Below, piece by piece: positions 28,643 through 44,659 of a DNA stretch of 64,000 nucleotides. Under the pieces are notes generated by a model. The model made no database searches. It was not told the DNA's origin and saw only the letters and a program-made list of their open reading frames with translations. The stretch is taken from NCBI RefSeq assembly GCF_009914755.1, contig NC_060929.1; one strand, 5' to 3'. A program made the position numbers and the translations under genes. This DNA is from the human T2T-CHM13v2.0 reference genome, Homo sapiens. Each line of letters opens with the position of its first letter. Within the stretch, counting starts at the first letter, position 1.

Positions 28643-28973
28643 AATTTAAAATACAATATAACTTTGGCCTCAACTACTTTATTTTCAGTTATTTAGGATT
28701 TCTGATTCTCACCTGTCTGGAATCTTTTACACTCTTAAAACATCCTGACCTGAATGATATGATTGCAAGTTACTTCTGGGAACAGCTTTAGGAGTAGGCA
28801 GAACAGGCTGCAGATGATAAAGTCCACCCTGTCTTCTAAAATTCCTTCCTTGATCCCAATTAGAGATTCCACTCCACATGCTAGGGAGAACTGTAAACCT
28901 TAGGGAAGCCATTGCTCCCTGCTGCTCTAATGCTTGGCTCCTGCAATTCTCCCCTCTCTCCACCCTTACCATT
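28643..28973 (+). repeat. ~330-bp segment duplicated at 27046-27673
   Basis: aatttaaaatacaatataactttggcctcaactac...cacccttaYcatt occurs twice in direct orientation. Confidence 0.95.
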
Positions 28974-29592
28974 TTTCCCTCTTGACTGGATCTTTCCATC
29001 AGCCTACAAAAGTGCTGTTATTTCCATCTTTAAAAAGGCTCTTGATCTCATTTCTCCCATCAGTTACTGTCCCATTTCTTTGGTTGCCCTTTCTTTGTAA
29101 AGGAGTTGTTTATATTTGCTCTGTCCAATTCCTCTCCTTTCATACTCTTTTAAAGCCATTTCAATCAGCCTTGTATCGCCACCACTCCTGACAACTTCCC
29201 CTGCACTGACCTCCACAGTCCTCACTTTTTGGCCTCCACCAGCACCTGACACAGTTTCTCACTGACTCCTCCTTGGATGCTTCCTTTCCTGGGCTTCCAA
29301 GACCCCGGCGTTATTGATTGTTCCTGTTATTCTCCTTTGCCCCTTCTCCTCCTCCCAGGCCTCAGAGAGTTACAGTGCCCCAGAGCTCAGTTCCTTTCTT
29401 CTCTGTTTACACTCCCTTCCTTGGTCATCTTAACCAGCCTTATGACTTTCAGTGTGAAATGTGTTCCTATTTCTCTCCTATTTTAAACCCAGAACTTCTT
29501 ACCCAATTGGATGCTTAAAAGGTACCTCAAACTTAACATAGCCATGACCTCCAGATCTTCCTCACCTTTGTTAAACAAAACTTGTTCACCTT

Positions 29593-30110
29593 TGTTAAAC
29601 AAAATCTAGGAGGCCATTTTTTTTCGACTAAATTCCCGCACTGGGCCCCAGAAGACCAGATTAAAAATCAAAATGGAGTCACCCACGCTCACCAAACTGA
29701 AACTGAGTTGTTATCTGGCCTTTTGGGAAATCAGGAGAGAGAGAGAATGGCCTAGCTGCCTGAAGAGGCCAGTTTTCGCTTTCTGTCATAATAATGAAGC
29801 TCTGTTTTAATCTTTACAGGAAAGACTGACCTGAAGTACCTGATGTTAACCAACCCATTATCTTTCTATTGTTCTATCTCCCTGTACCTGCCTTACAAGG
29901 AAAGTAACTTTGAAATGACCAATCCACTTTTTGGTTTTTGTTTCTGCTTTCTTTAGTTCTTTTTGTTTATAAAGCCAACCTCCTCTGCTTCAATCTTTGG
30001 AACACTTACTTTATTTTATGGAACAAAGTGTTGCCCAATTTTAGACGTGCAAATAGAAACTCTTGAGATCTTTAGATCTGTTGTGATTTTAACATCTTCA
30101 TCCTTTGACA
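29593..30110 (+). mobile_element. Solo ERV1/MER4-group LTR (MER57/LTR54-like; subfamily uncertain)
   Basis: Starts TGTTAAACAAAAT...GGAGGCCATT, contains aaaatggagtcac, ccaat, tataaagcc and aatagaaa, ends ctttgaCA. Confidence 0.75.
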
Positions 30111-30673
30111 TCTTCAGCCTCCTCATGGTGGTGCTTGGGCTGATGGAAGCATGATACTTACAGTTGCTTGGGCCAAAAACACTGGAACCACCCATTCTAG
30201 ATTCCCATTTTCCTTCATACACTAAATCCAAATTCTTTTGTCTCTCTCTTCAAAATACACCCAACATATGGACACTTCTCACCACCTCCACTGTTCCCAT
30301 CATGGTCAGTGCTACTGCATACCTTGCCTGCATTTCTGTGATATCTAACAGATTTCCCTGCTTTGACAATTGTCTACCTACTGTCTCTTCTCAGCATAGC
30401 CATTAAGGTGATTTTTATAAAGCACAAGTCAGAAAATGTCACTGCTCTGATGTAGCTCTTTGAGTGGTTCCCATTTCACTCAAGATAAGCGCTGCAATCT
30501 CTATCATGGCTTACAAGGCCCTACATAAGCTGACTCTTTCCCTACCATTCCTTCCCTTGCTCTCTCTACCTGCGCTCTGTGCCTAGAACAGTCTTCCTTC
30601 ATGTCTAACTCCCTTACTTCCTTTGAATCTTTGCTCAAGTATCATTTTCTATTAGGTTGGTGCAAAAGTATAA

Positions 30674-31189
<516 letters not shown>

Positions 31190-32379
31190 TGAACTCCTAT
31201 TACAAAAGCACAATGTAGTGGCTCAAAAAATACTTGTTGCATGACTGTAAAGGAAATCTATTAGATCTTGACTTGAGAGTGGTCTTTGATTAGAAAAGGG
31301 AGGAACGTTTGCAGGTTGGCAGAGGGAATGTTTGGGAAATACTCATGTATGTGTTTTGAGGACTGGTGCTGTGAGAAGCACAGAAACACCTATATCTTTC
31401 ACAATTCTTCTTACAGACTACCCCATACATTGCCCCTTCATGTGAAATATAAACTTTTGAGCCCAAACATCAAGGCCCATTTTGGTTTCATTTCCTCTAT
31501 GTATTTCTAGCTTCCCCTTCTTGGGGAAAATTTTCTAACCCAGAGATTTCTTCGTTGTGGAATTTACTTGAGCTTTCTGATGGGAGCTTGAAAGTCTTTC
31601 ACTATACATATTTTCCCTTTTGAAAAAACAAAGTAGCTGGATATCATGGAGGATTAGAGGCTTTAAATTGACATCCATAAATTCAAATGCCTTGAAGGGT
31701 GTGCAGCCCATTAATATAAATGCACAACGCAGGTCATATGTAAGATAATAGCCAGGAAGCTGCTCTAGCACCTTCTACTTACTATCCTTAAACCCCCAAG
31801 AAAGCATATTAAAGTTAAAAAATGGTGGTGTTTTTCCATGACGAATATGTTTTCTATCCTTTCCCTAAATTGTAGTCATCAAGCATGTCAGGGAATCTGT
31901 CAATCCAATATTGTTATTAACAGTTTCCATTACATGGATTATGGATATTAAGTATTTTGTTGTAAGGAACATCAATCTGGTAGGGGAATTTAAGTGAAGG
32001 AAAATCAAATTGTACTAAATATGTTGAGATATTACTTATTTGTGATAAAGGAGAATCATGTTAAGCAATTTTCTACAAGAAGAAAGGGAATATCTAGTCC
32101 ATTTTGTCTTAAGGATTTATGCTTGCCATTGTCTGAATATTCTTAAAATGACATTCCATTTTATTCCAACCTGCCACTCGCTTTTTCCTTTACCAACTTT
32201 TCTATTAAATCCTGGATAAAGAGCCCATGCATAGCAACCCCTACAGTGCTGACATTTCTGAAAAATATCATCTAAGAAAATTCAAGCAAGAGCAGGCTTG
32301 AATAAAAGTTTCCTAGATGTTAACGCCCAGCCAAAAATTCTGATGGATGAGAGAAAATCTGTATTATTGTTTAATTAAA

Positions 32380-32610
32380 GGAGGCTATTTAGCATAGTAG
32401 TTTAAAGCACACTTACTTTGGATTCAGACTACATTGGTTGAAATTTTTATTCTACACTATTTTGTGATCTTGGAGAAGTTACTTGGCTTCTTTGCAGAGC
32501 TAAAGTTCCATTTCCTCATCTGTGAAATAATGATGATACTATCTAATCAATAAGGTTATAGAGATGATATATGTAAAAGTCCTAGCACCTCATAAGCAGT
32601 CAGTAAAAAT
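32380..32610. mobile_element. MIR
   Basis: tgtgatcttggagaagttactt...tttcctcatctgtgaaat. Confidence 0.7.
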
Positions 32611-32977
32611 ATGGTGATGGAGTGGTGGTGATCGTGATAGTGGAGGAGTTGGAGATGTTGATAGTGGAGGAGTTGGTGGTTCTCAAGAAAGCTTCAGAAC
32701 TTTTTAAAAAACAGTGGAAATTTGCTTCTATAAAGGCTTAAGGGGAAACCCAACATAAAACAGATAAATAAGAATGGCTCAGAACTGAGCAATTCTAGGG
32801 GTATTTGCACTGCCAGCTTGGCCAGCTCGGCCAGCTCAGCCAGCTCTTCTCCCTGCCAGCTGCCCACTTTTGTAGACCCAGAAGTTTCCCATGGAACTCT
32901 CAGCATTTGACCAAGCACAGTTTGAAAATCTACGGCAAGAGACTAGGAAAGAAATCACAAGATAATCTTTTGCTTAC

Positions 32978-33134
32978 TTTAGGTCAAACGGAGGTTTAAT
33001 GTTTCTGGGAGGTAGGCTTGGGACTGGTGGTTGTGATGGGTGAGATGCTGGCAATGGTGGTTGGCTGGCCGGATGGGATGGTGGAGGTGGTGGCAGGGAA
33101 GTTGTTGAGTAAGACGTCTGGCCTTTGCTAGTAC
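32978..33134 (-). CDS. FYB1: FYB1/ADAP coding exon 3 (157 nt), proline-rich region
   Basis: Translates (S)TSKGQTSYSTTSLPPPPPSHPASQPPLPASHPSQPPVPSLPPRNIKPPFDL(K), matching recalled human ADAP. Acceptor tcttag, donor GTAAGC, phase 1->2. Confidence 0.97.
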
Positions 33135-33315
33135 CTAAGAAGCAAAGCAAACAATACCATGAATTAAGACAAATCTTCAAAAAGAAGATTGTTAATTGCA
33201 AACATAGTTGGCTACAGATAAAATAATTTGGCAAAAATTAACAACTGGCTATATGGAATTTTCAATAAAGAGTATGTTTATTTTATTATTATTACTACGT
33301 TGTGTGCTATATATC

Positions 33316-33615
33316 TTTTGTGAGACAGGGTCTAGCTCTGCTACCCAGGCTGGGGTGCAGTGGCTCCATCATGGTTCACTGTAAGCTCAGACTCCTGGGC
33401 TTTCGAGATCTTCCTGCCTCAGCCTCCTGAGTAGCTGGGACTACACGCGTGCACCACAATGCCCATCTAAATTTTTTTTAAAATGTTATACTTTTTGTAG
33501 AGATGAAGTCTTGATATGTCACCCAGGCTGGTTTTGAACTCCTGGGCGCAAGCAATCCTCCTGCCGTGACCTCCCCAAATGTTGGGATTACAGGTGTGAG
33601 CCACTATGCCCGGCC
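33316..33615 (-). mobile_element. Alu (AluJ-like)
   Basis: Diverged dimeric antisense Alu. Confidence 0.9.
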
Positions 33616-34003
33616 TTATTCATCCTTTACATCAATAAGATGTATTACATATATGTATATACGCATAACACACATACACACAGTGTTTTTCCTGGTTGTT
33701 AAACATTTATCATCAGCATACCGTTGCTGGTACCTAAAAAATTTCTAGGTTCTATCTGCTAAATAGTGACTAGAATCAGTTGTTTCTATATCTTTCCTCT
33801 TTGTTTTGATCCTCTTCCTCTCACTGAATCCTCCATCGACTTTCTGGTTTCATATATTGGGCTTTGGAATTACGCAGGTTGCCTTGTTTTCCTAAATATG
33901 GAATTTTAATTTCTTTCTCATTTTGGGGTGATTTTCTGAGAGGAAAAGAGGATATCTTGACAAACATTTTGTTTTAATTTTACCTGCCTTTGAGTACAAA
34001 TGA

Positions 34004-34420
<417 letters not shown>

Positions 34421-37400
34421 TCCTTTTAATTGTATTATTTATTCAAATACTTTGCCTATTTCAAAATTAGTATTTTCCTTTTCTTGGTTTCTAAAATATT
34501 TTTATTAAGGATATTAATCTTTTTGTTTCTTAACTGGACCAACTGAATGTAATTAGGCTGCTTTGGATCCTGCTTTTGCCTGTCCATACATTAAAAATAT
34601 AACACAACGAAGAAAGCCTCTCTTTACAAACTTCAAAAAAAATACGGCACTTCACTGTAAATTTCCTTAGAAGGGTAATGCCAAGGTTTTACACAGCATG
34701 TGACACAAACACATTCCTAATTTCTTCTAGATATTTCTCCCTCTTGCCAAAGCTCTTCACTTAGGGTAATTGCTGACCATATTGCCCTCTCTCTTCATTC
34801 TCTGACCTCACCCTAGTGTTTCCCTTCTTCCTGGAGTCTTAAAATCTGCTCAGGCCCTGCACTGCAGACTCGAGACCCTCTAGGCCAGGTACAGTTCCCA
34901 CAAGAATAGTTCTTCTTTTGCAGCTATTTTTAGGGGATAGAGGTAGACAGAATTAGTTCCCCTATAAATCTCATGAATAAAAAATTCCAACTCAAGATAT
35001 TTATGTTAGAAATGTTGAATCCGGTTCGTTTTTGTCCTAACTAAAATAAAAATTTTTGGATATATCAGACTTTTCCTCCAGTCTATTCAATCAATCCTTT
35101 CGTGTATAATTTCTGTCACTACATTATCTTTAGGAAGGCCTTCCCTAATTTGAGAACAGATAATTATAAACAGTACATTTTCTCCTACTTCGCTGTGGCT
35201 TAGTTTTTTTGTTGTTGTTGTTTTTTGTTTTTTAAATTTAACACTTTAAAATTATTAGTAATTTATTTTGGAGTTTGGTGTGAGATAGAGATTTAATTTT
35301 ATGGTGATTGTTGTTGTTGCTCCTAAATCATTTAGCAAACGTTCTGCACCATTTGTCTGATAAGCTATTACTTACCAATTTGACATGCCTCTTTTATCAT
35401 AGAATAAACATTAAAAAGTCTAGTGAATGTGACAGATGAAAATGGCATCCAGTTATTTTAATTCATAAATAATATGGTTCAGTAGATTCATAAATGATTT
35501 AAAAGCTGTACCCAAAGAGAATACGCCTCTGTGAGTAGATGTTAATAAACCGTCCAAATAGAGAGAAAAATATTTATTAGCCATCTGTGACTTATCCTCT
35601 CATGGAAAAGATTTTGACAAGCAGGAGGCATTACCCTGGGAGAGTGACTTAAGGCCGACAAGTGAGAAGTTATAGAAATGGTGTAGGGAATGGTGAGTCC
35701 TTTGAATTGGAAACACTGAAAACTGACTTTCCCAAACCCAGGCTTTCTGCCTTTACACAGGCTTATGAGACTCTAATGGGCCCTCTGTGGTTCTGCTTAC
35801 TCGACATCTATTCTCCTTTCTGTGGTTATACTAACTTGAGAAACCCAGGAAGGGGTGTGCTTGCTCTTCTACCGGACTTGGAACTAGAAGGGGGTCCTCC
35901 TTGAGTTGCCAGCAGCAGTCTTGCCACTGCCAGAGTAGGGCTCGCCTGAGAGTGCAGCAAAACCAGAGGGAAGCAGGGCAAGAGATGGAAAGGGACTGGT
36001 TAAATTTTTAAGAAAAATTAGTTTTGGACAATTGTCAAAGATAGTTTGAAAGACATAATGAGGCACTAAACTAATTGAACATACTCTTCCTCATCAAGCT
36101 TGGGAGAACATATGCTGAAGTCTTCCTATGTTACACTACTATGTGGCAGTGAAACACTTTGCTTTGCAAAACAGGTGGTCACTTTCAAATACTGCTAGGA
36201 ATACATTTGCATGTATACAAAATAATTCTAAGGAAAAGCATCTTAGTTTTTCTGGAGGAAAAAACCAGTTAGACTTACTTTAATGTCTAACGATTGACAT
36301 TAGAGTCTAATGATTGACTCTAAAATCTCAATCTGGACTTTATAAAGTGTACTAAAATATAATTAGAAATATTAACATCCTCCAAAGCAAAAATATGTTT
36401 TTATTCTGATGGAAAGAAAGGGGATGAATATTGAACTATAGTAAAATGAGCAAAGAAATAGAAACAATAAAGATAAAAATATCTGGGAATAATGATATTA
36501 AATAATATTAATTAATCATGCAATTTTTGGCAAGCACCATACTTGGCATTCTACATATGTAATCTTATTTATTCTGTATAACAGCCCTATGGGGGTATAT
36601 GTTATTATCTAGCTTCCATTTGATAGTTAAGAAAACTACCCAAGTTCAGAGAATTAGTAAGCCGTAGCGGTGGGTTTCAAACTTGGCCAGAATTTGAACT
36701 CTAGTCATTTTTTTTTATGATGTCTATGCACTTTCTGCTATGCTCTACTGCTTCTCAAGGTAATTAAATGAAAATTATTACTAAGCTAAAATAGACATTA
36801 GCAAACTGTCCTACAATCTGGGCATAAGTTCAGCTTTTTTGATTTGTATTTTTCCTCTTAGTGTGATTTTATGAGTGTTTTCAGTTTAATGCAGGAAAGA
36901 CCTGGCTCTAGAGACTGTAAGGCTCACATATCGGGGTGTTCTTGATGCTAAATTCAGATGCCTTAGAATTTGATTTTGGAAACCAGAAAGCAGGGATGTA
37001 AACATTCAAGCTAGTAGGAAATAGGCTCTTAAAGATGAATGACTGATAATAGCTGGTTGGAAAAAAAAGCTCTCAAGAACTGAAATCAGGGAATTTTGAA
37101 ATAGCATAAAAGAACTTAGAAGATACGAAATAAGGGGAAAGAGCAAAAAGTTTAGACCTCAGTTGGCATTACAAATTGGGGATGTGCAATTTGAGAGCTA
37201 ACACCTAAAACTCTGATCTACTTATGGACCTCATCTCCCAAAGCTCAGGGGGGGAATGCCTGGGTATCTGTGATTTGAAAGTACTGGAACTGAAAAGACC
37301 ATGTAGAATGTTTTCCTCAAAGAAAGACAGGATTGTGCAGGGGTATGGATCCCTGTAGTAGTGGGCAGAGCTGGTCTTCTGGACAGTGCAGGATGGTTCA

Positions 37401-40400
37401 GCAGCAATGAGCTAATCAGATGAATTTGCAACCTACTACCCACTGTTGTCCTGAGACAGACTGAGGAACTGTGCTCTGAGCATTTTAACAGGAGATCAAG
37501 GCTTCAAGAAGGACATAATAGGCATCTTGCTAATAAGTCAAGTGGGAGCTTGAGTGACTAATGACAAAAAAAATTAAGGAAAATTGGTTGTATTTATATT
37601 AGGGAACAGTTTATAGCAGTTACAGAAAAATGGGGAGAATTGCGAATAACAGGGAGTGAAATTGCAATATCTTCTAGAACACAAAAACAATTCTTAAAAA
37701 TCTAGGAAGTTAATAACCTCTGACTCAAACTTTTCATCCTTTTTAATTTTGGAAGTTTGGAAGAGATCTTGCACAAGTCACGTTCCCCTGCTCAGGCATG
37801 CTGGAATGGGCGGAGCACCGGGGCCATTTTATCATGAGGAAATGACCAGGAGAGACTTTCCATGAGTCAGTGGGTGCTCAGTGGTTATCTGGCCCTGCCT
37901 TGAAGAATTGTTCCAGGTTCACTGAAATGCAGGCTACCCAAAATGGTGAGATTTTGTCAGGATCTAAATCTCTATAAACAGAAAAGTGGATTTGAGGGCA
38001 ATGGAAGATGGAGCAGGGACAGAAGAGGTGGAAATGAATAGAGAGGACCCAACGAGGGTGGTGGTATACTCATGGGAAATGGAAATTGTATTACTTCACA
38101 AACTTTGCATTTTATGTATTTCTGTTGGTCAAAAATGCTGGTTCTGGATACTTTTACAACATTCTGGTAACAAAGATCTATGAAGACTTAGGATATCTAC
38201 CTTGTAGATTCTAATGTTTGTGACTTTTGACTAAGAAGGTACCTAAAGTCTTCATGTCCCGAGGGGCATAAGGAACATGTGGAGATCTGGTTCTCAATTT
38301 CATTTTTAAATCCATGGATTCCTTAACAACACCAAAGACGTTATACCATATTGCTGCTCCCAATTGCCACAAAACCCTGACCCTAGACTTGGCATTTCTA
38401 ATTCTGTTTTTCTTGGGGTATCTTAGACCAGGCATTAGAAAACTTTGATTTTATCTCCAGCTCTATCACCAAAGAGCTATTTGTCTTTGGCAAATCACTT
38501 AATCTCCATGTGATTTAGTTTCTCCATCTGTCAAATGGGAGTAATCGAGCCCTAACTACCTCAAAGGGTTTAAGGATGAAATAAGCTAATACATGTGAAA
38601 GCATCTTAAAAAGTCTGAAGCATTGCATAAACATAAAAGATGGTCACACAAGGCTGAGGGGTGCCACATATAAAATCATTTCTGTTACTTTAACTTAAGA
38701 AATTTGGAAATTATTTAATTTCATCATCTATTTGTTTGAGAATTATTAAGCATTTGTCTCAGATTTTAGCCGTGGGCTGGCAACTCGGCATATAGACTTT
38801 TATTTTCTCTGGGCCAGTATAGGTACATAGCATTTCCCATTCAAACAAGAAGAAAAGCTCTACCAACTACATGGCGCTGCCAGAGTCTATATTGGTGAAC
38901 TCTGCACTAAGTAGTTTGTAAAACTATTTGAGTGGACACTTAATGGAATCTCTTATGGTTGCATGGCCACATACAGTCATTTGCACCTAAACTAAACACA
39001 GAATTTCTCAGGACTGAGTCTCACTGAGATCTTACCACATTTACCATAAAGGTTGTTTGTAATCCCCTTCATTCCCAGACCCTACCCTTGCCTTCCTCAC
39101 GTACTACAGATGACCTTACCTCTTATTTTACTAAGAACATGGAGAATGCCCCATCTGACTATCTCCACTTGCCCTGCATTCTAACTGAAAATCTCCTGAT
39201 ATCTTGCTCTCCTCCCGTTTTTCTATTGCTCCAGATTCTCTGGAAAGATGGCATTCCTCCTTGAACATTCTAACAATGGCATTTTAGTTCCCATCAGTGC
39301 CTGCTTCCTTGTACAGCCCACTCCCTTTATTATTAACTCCTTCATTGCATCAAGCAAGAAACATTCACTAAGCACTTACCATGTGCTCTGAACTGTGCGT
39401 TTCATCTTTTCAATGCACTTTCCATCTTAAACATGGTCTGATATCTTCAACTCTATAGAAGAACAACAGTATCCTTTTTTAACCTCTTCCCCCACCCTAG
39501 ATACCAGCTGATTTTGTTCCTCTTCTTCATGGCCAAACTTCTTGGAAAAAACCCCTACATTTGCTACTTCTATATCTTAAATGTGTTTGGATGGCCTCAT
39601 GGAGAAGTAAAGAATGAAAGGCTTAGGTTTAAATTCAGATTCAACCACTTTTATATCAACCTTCCAGTTTTTATTACTCAATATGAAGACTTGGTTAAGT
39701 TGCTTGACATCTCCAAGTCTTCATTTTCTCATCTGCGAAATGGTCACATACACGCACTCTGCAGAAGCATCTGACACATGGTATGGTAGTTCTTAATAAA
39801 TGGTCCTATTCTTCTTAGCTACTAATTGATCTGGCTGTCCCATTCATACACTACAGTCTACTCCCCTCAATTGCAAAGAAAACAATAAACAAACAGAAAC
39901 CACTTTTTCCTCAAATTAGTCATGTCTAATCCTAGATTTGTTCGAGAATCTTAGAATAGTCTAAGAATGAAGAAGTTTAAATCCCTAGATCTACCCCAGT
40001 AGGCACCAAAACAACCAAATACTACTTCCAGATTCTTCACTCCAAAACACACCAGAAACAATTTTCAACATGAGGATTTGAAAGACTGGCAGAAAGAATG
40101 TTTGTGCTGAAGTTATTGAGGCCAGGGCTTGACTACTAATCCCACCCAGTATTAGCTGTAAGGCACTGGGTAATTTATTTTGCTTCTCTGGGTTTTAGAT
40201 TCTATGCCTATTAAAATGGGACTACTGACTCTTAACTTGCAGGGCTGCTATAAGAATTCAAAATATGTCTATCTGCCAAGCACACAGTAGGTATTCAGTG
40301 CTACTTATGAATTACTCTAGGAACTAAGACAGTTGTGTTCTGTATGGGATAGGCGCTTTAAAGATCAATAGGACATGTTTATTTCCATCTGTGCAGAGAG

Positions 40401-40949
40401 ATTGGGATCATCATACTTCAGTAACTTTTATTAGAAGTTTTCTAAACTGCCACCTGTGCTCGAAATGACATGCTAATTGCCACACATCTGACCATTCTGT
40501 TAAAAGCAAGATTTAAAAAAACTGCCTGCCCTTTTGAAGTGTGGTGTGGCTGTCCTGTGATTCCCTGGTGTTAACACCTAGCTCAGAGAGCTCTCTGTTT
40601 GTACGCAGAGCACTGGTATGTGTTTTCTCACACCATTTTTATTTTATTTAAAATTACCATAAATTACTTTCTCATTTATTTATTCATTTTCTTCTAGCTA
40701 AACAGTGAGCTTCTGAGGTGGGTCTCCACTGTCAACACCTGCGTATGCCCTATGACACTGCATGTATCACACATTTAATGTTTCACTGATTGATTTTCTT
40801 TTTCTTTTGTCCTTTTTCCATTTAGAAAACAAAAATAATTTAAAAAAGCAAACTGTAAAATAAATATCTGCACAGTAAAACATTTAAGAAAATATAGGAG
40901 GGAATGCTGAAAAGAAAAACCCCTGTTCTAGACCCCCATAGTCTAGTTA

Positions 40950-42440
<1,491 letters not shown>

Positions 42441-43956
42441 TGTCTTCTTTATAAAGAATATTAGAAGTACAGCATCCTATTTAATTAAATAGCTGGAAAA
42501 ATGAACATTCTCTTTTATGATTGGTATTTGATATAATACAGAGTTTCATATACAATACAAACATATTAGTAGATATTGTTATGTAGGTAAAAGTATCATT
42601 AAAAATTTTCAATCCTCGGCAGCCTTCAAGTCTAAGGACTTGAAACGCCTGGGTCACAGACTTAGAAAATCTAGTTTTACGGAATTTTTCCTTGCCCTAA
42701 TTCAAAGCCATCTGCTCTTATCTTCAAAGGATTTGTAAACCATTGTGAATGGGAAATTTTGAAAACCAATTTAGTTGAAAACAAAGCACTGTAATTATAT
42801 TAGTATGAAATCTTTTGCTTTGAATGCAAACTGCCAAGAAAATGTTAGGCAGCTTAGAACAGTCCAACAAAGTGGAAAGAAAAGTAATACTGAAACATCA
42901 ATGTTTACATAGATAATCAAAGCTGAAATTAGAATGGAGGTGAAGAGGTAGAGATCAAAACAAATCTAATGATCAATGAGAGGAAAATAAGTACAGAAAG
43001 GCTTTGATCACTGTCATAAACTCTTCCAACTCAGATCTAACTTTAACATTCAATGTCTCTGAATAATTTTTTCAACAGTTAAAAATTCACCTCCCCAATA
43101 ACTTTGTTGGTTATTCAATTATATGTAATCATGAAAGGTAAATTGTTTTTATAAATGAGTTTATTCATTTTCCAGTCATAAAATAATATGAAATTCAAAT
43201 TAGGCGGTAATTAGACAGGATATTGCTGACTTTTGGATCTTTTTTTGGAAGGTTAAGTGTGACTTTAAGAAGGAAAAAAGTCAGCATATAAGAAAAGTTC
43301 TTTGTCAGATGCTCATAGATTACAGGGTGCCTCTTCCCTCCTCTAAGATACAACATATTTGGGCATAAGGCAATAACTGAATCTGTATTCTTCAAATATG
43401 AAAAGTTATTTTAAAAGTGTACTAATAACTTCTATAGGAGCAAAGAAAGCACTAGAAATCAAGTTTTAGAAACATCCTCAGATGAACACTTTCAATTTTT
43501 GAGGGAATAGTGAATGTTTTGGCTAAATCAACAGTAGAAATCCTTTGAGAACACTTTTAGGATAAAATCAATATAAGCCAGTAATATAACATCTATAAGC
43601 AGAGAAGGAATAAACCTTGATGTGCAGAGGCAATAGCACATCCTCAGGGAGAGAGAGGGGCAAACAGAGGAGAAATAAAGCATGTGCTCCAAATTCAGCT
43701 GTCTGTGGGTGCCAGGCAGGAGCATGCCTGTGTGCACTGAGCTGGGAGCACGTGACCATGGTGAACAGGAAACTAATGCCCTGTCTCAGTGGGTGGCCAC
43801 TGTGGGGCTCCAGCCCACTGTAAATATGTGAAGAAAAAGACTAGATTTTTCTATAAAATCCTCTACTTTTTGAATGTTGGCAACTATTAAAACAAAAGAA
43901 ATCAATCAAACAAAAAACTCTGCACACCCAACACAGCACATTTTTGGGCTACGTTC

Positions 43957-44247
43957 TTTTTTTGTTGTTGTTGTTGAGACGGAGTTTTGCCCTGTTGCCC
44001 AGGTTGGAGTGCAGTGATGTGATCTCAGCTGACTGCAACATCCACTTCCCAGGTTCAAGCGATTCTTCTGCCTCAGCCTCCTGAGTAGCTGGGATTATAG
44101 GTAACCACGACCACACCTGGCTAATTGTGTATTTTTAGTAGAGACAGGATTTCACCAGGCTGGTCTCGAACTCCTGACCTCACGTGAACTACCTGCTTCA
44201 GTCTCCCAAAGTGCTGGGATTACAGGTGTGAGCCACCATGACTGGCC
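43957..44247 (-). mobile_element. Alu (AluS-like)
   Basis: Antisense Alu with a small deletion at ttcacc|aggc. Confidence 0.92.
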
Positions 44248-44659
44248 TGTGCTACATTAATTTATGACATACACCCTTTTTAAGTAAAGAAAGAGAAAGC
44301 CTCGCAAAGAAATTTTAATAAAGGAAATTGCCTGACCAGTGTGGTTCATCCAGGAAGCAAGCTTTTCCTTGCTAAAACTATGAAGTTTTGAAAGGGACAA
44401 ATTAGACCATTAGACCAGGCAAAGAATTGTAATGCACTGGAGAAAGAACTAGAATTGCCAACAAAGAAGGCAGAGCTTCCCTGTAGTGCCTGGACAGAGC
44501 AAGTGTTCTTAGCGTGACTCAAAGGGAGATAAAGTGACTATGACTCAGTAAACCTGTAAGAAGCACAACTACATATACAGACATGTGACAAGAGAAGGTA
44601 CTCAGTTAAGTTAAATATTTGCTACTTTTGCTATGGCAATGACTATTGTTGCCATTGCT

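Noticed and set aside
32620-32680. GGT/GGA-rich stretch with an 18-bp duplication
   Set aside because: Low-complexity simple repeat at the end of a MIR; no further structure.
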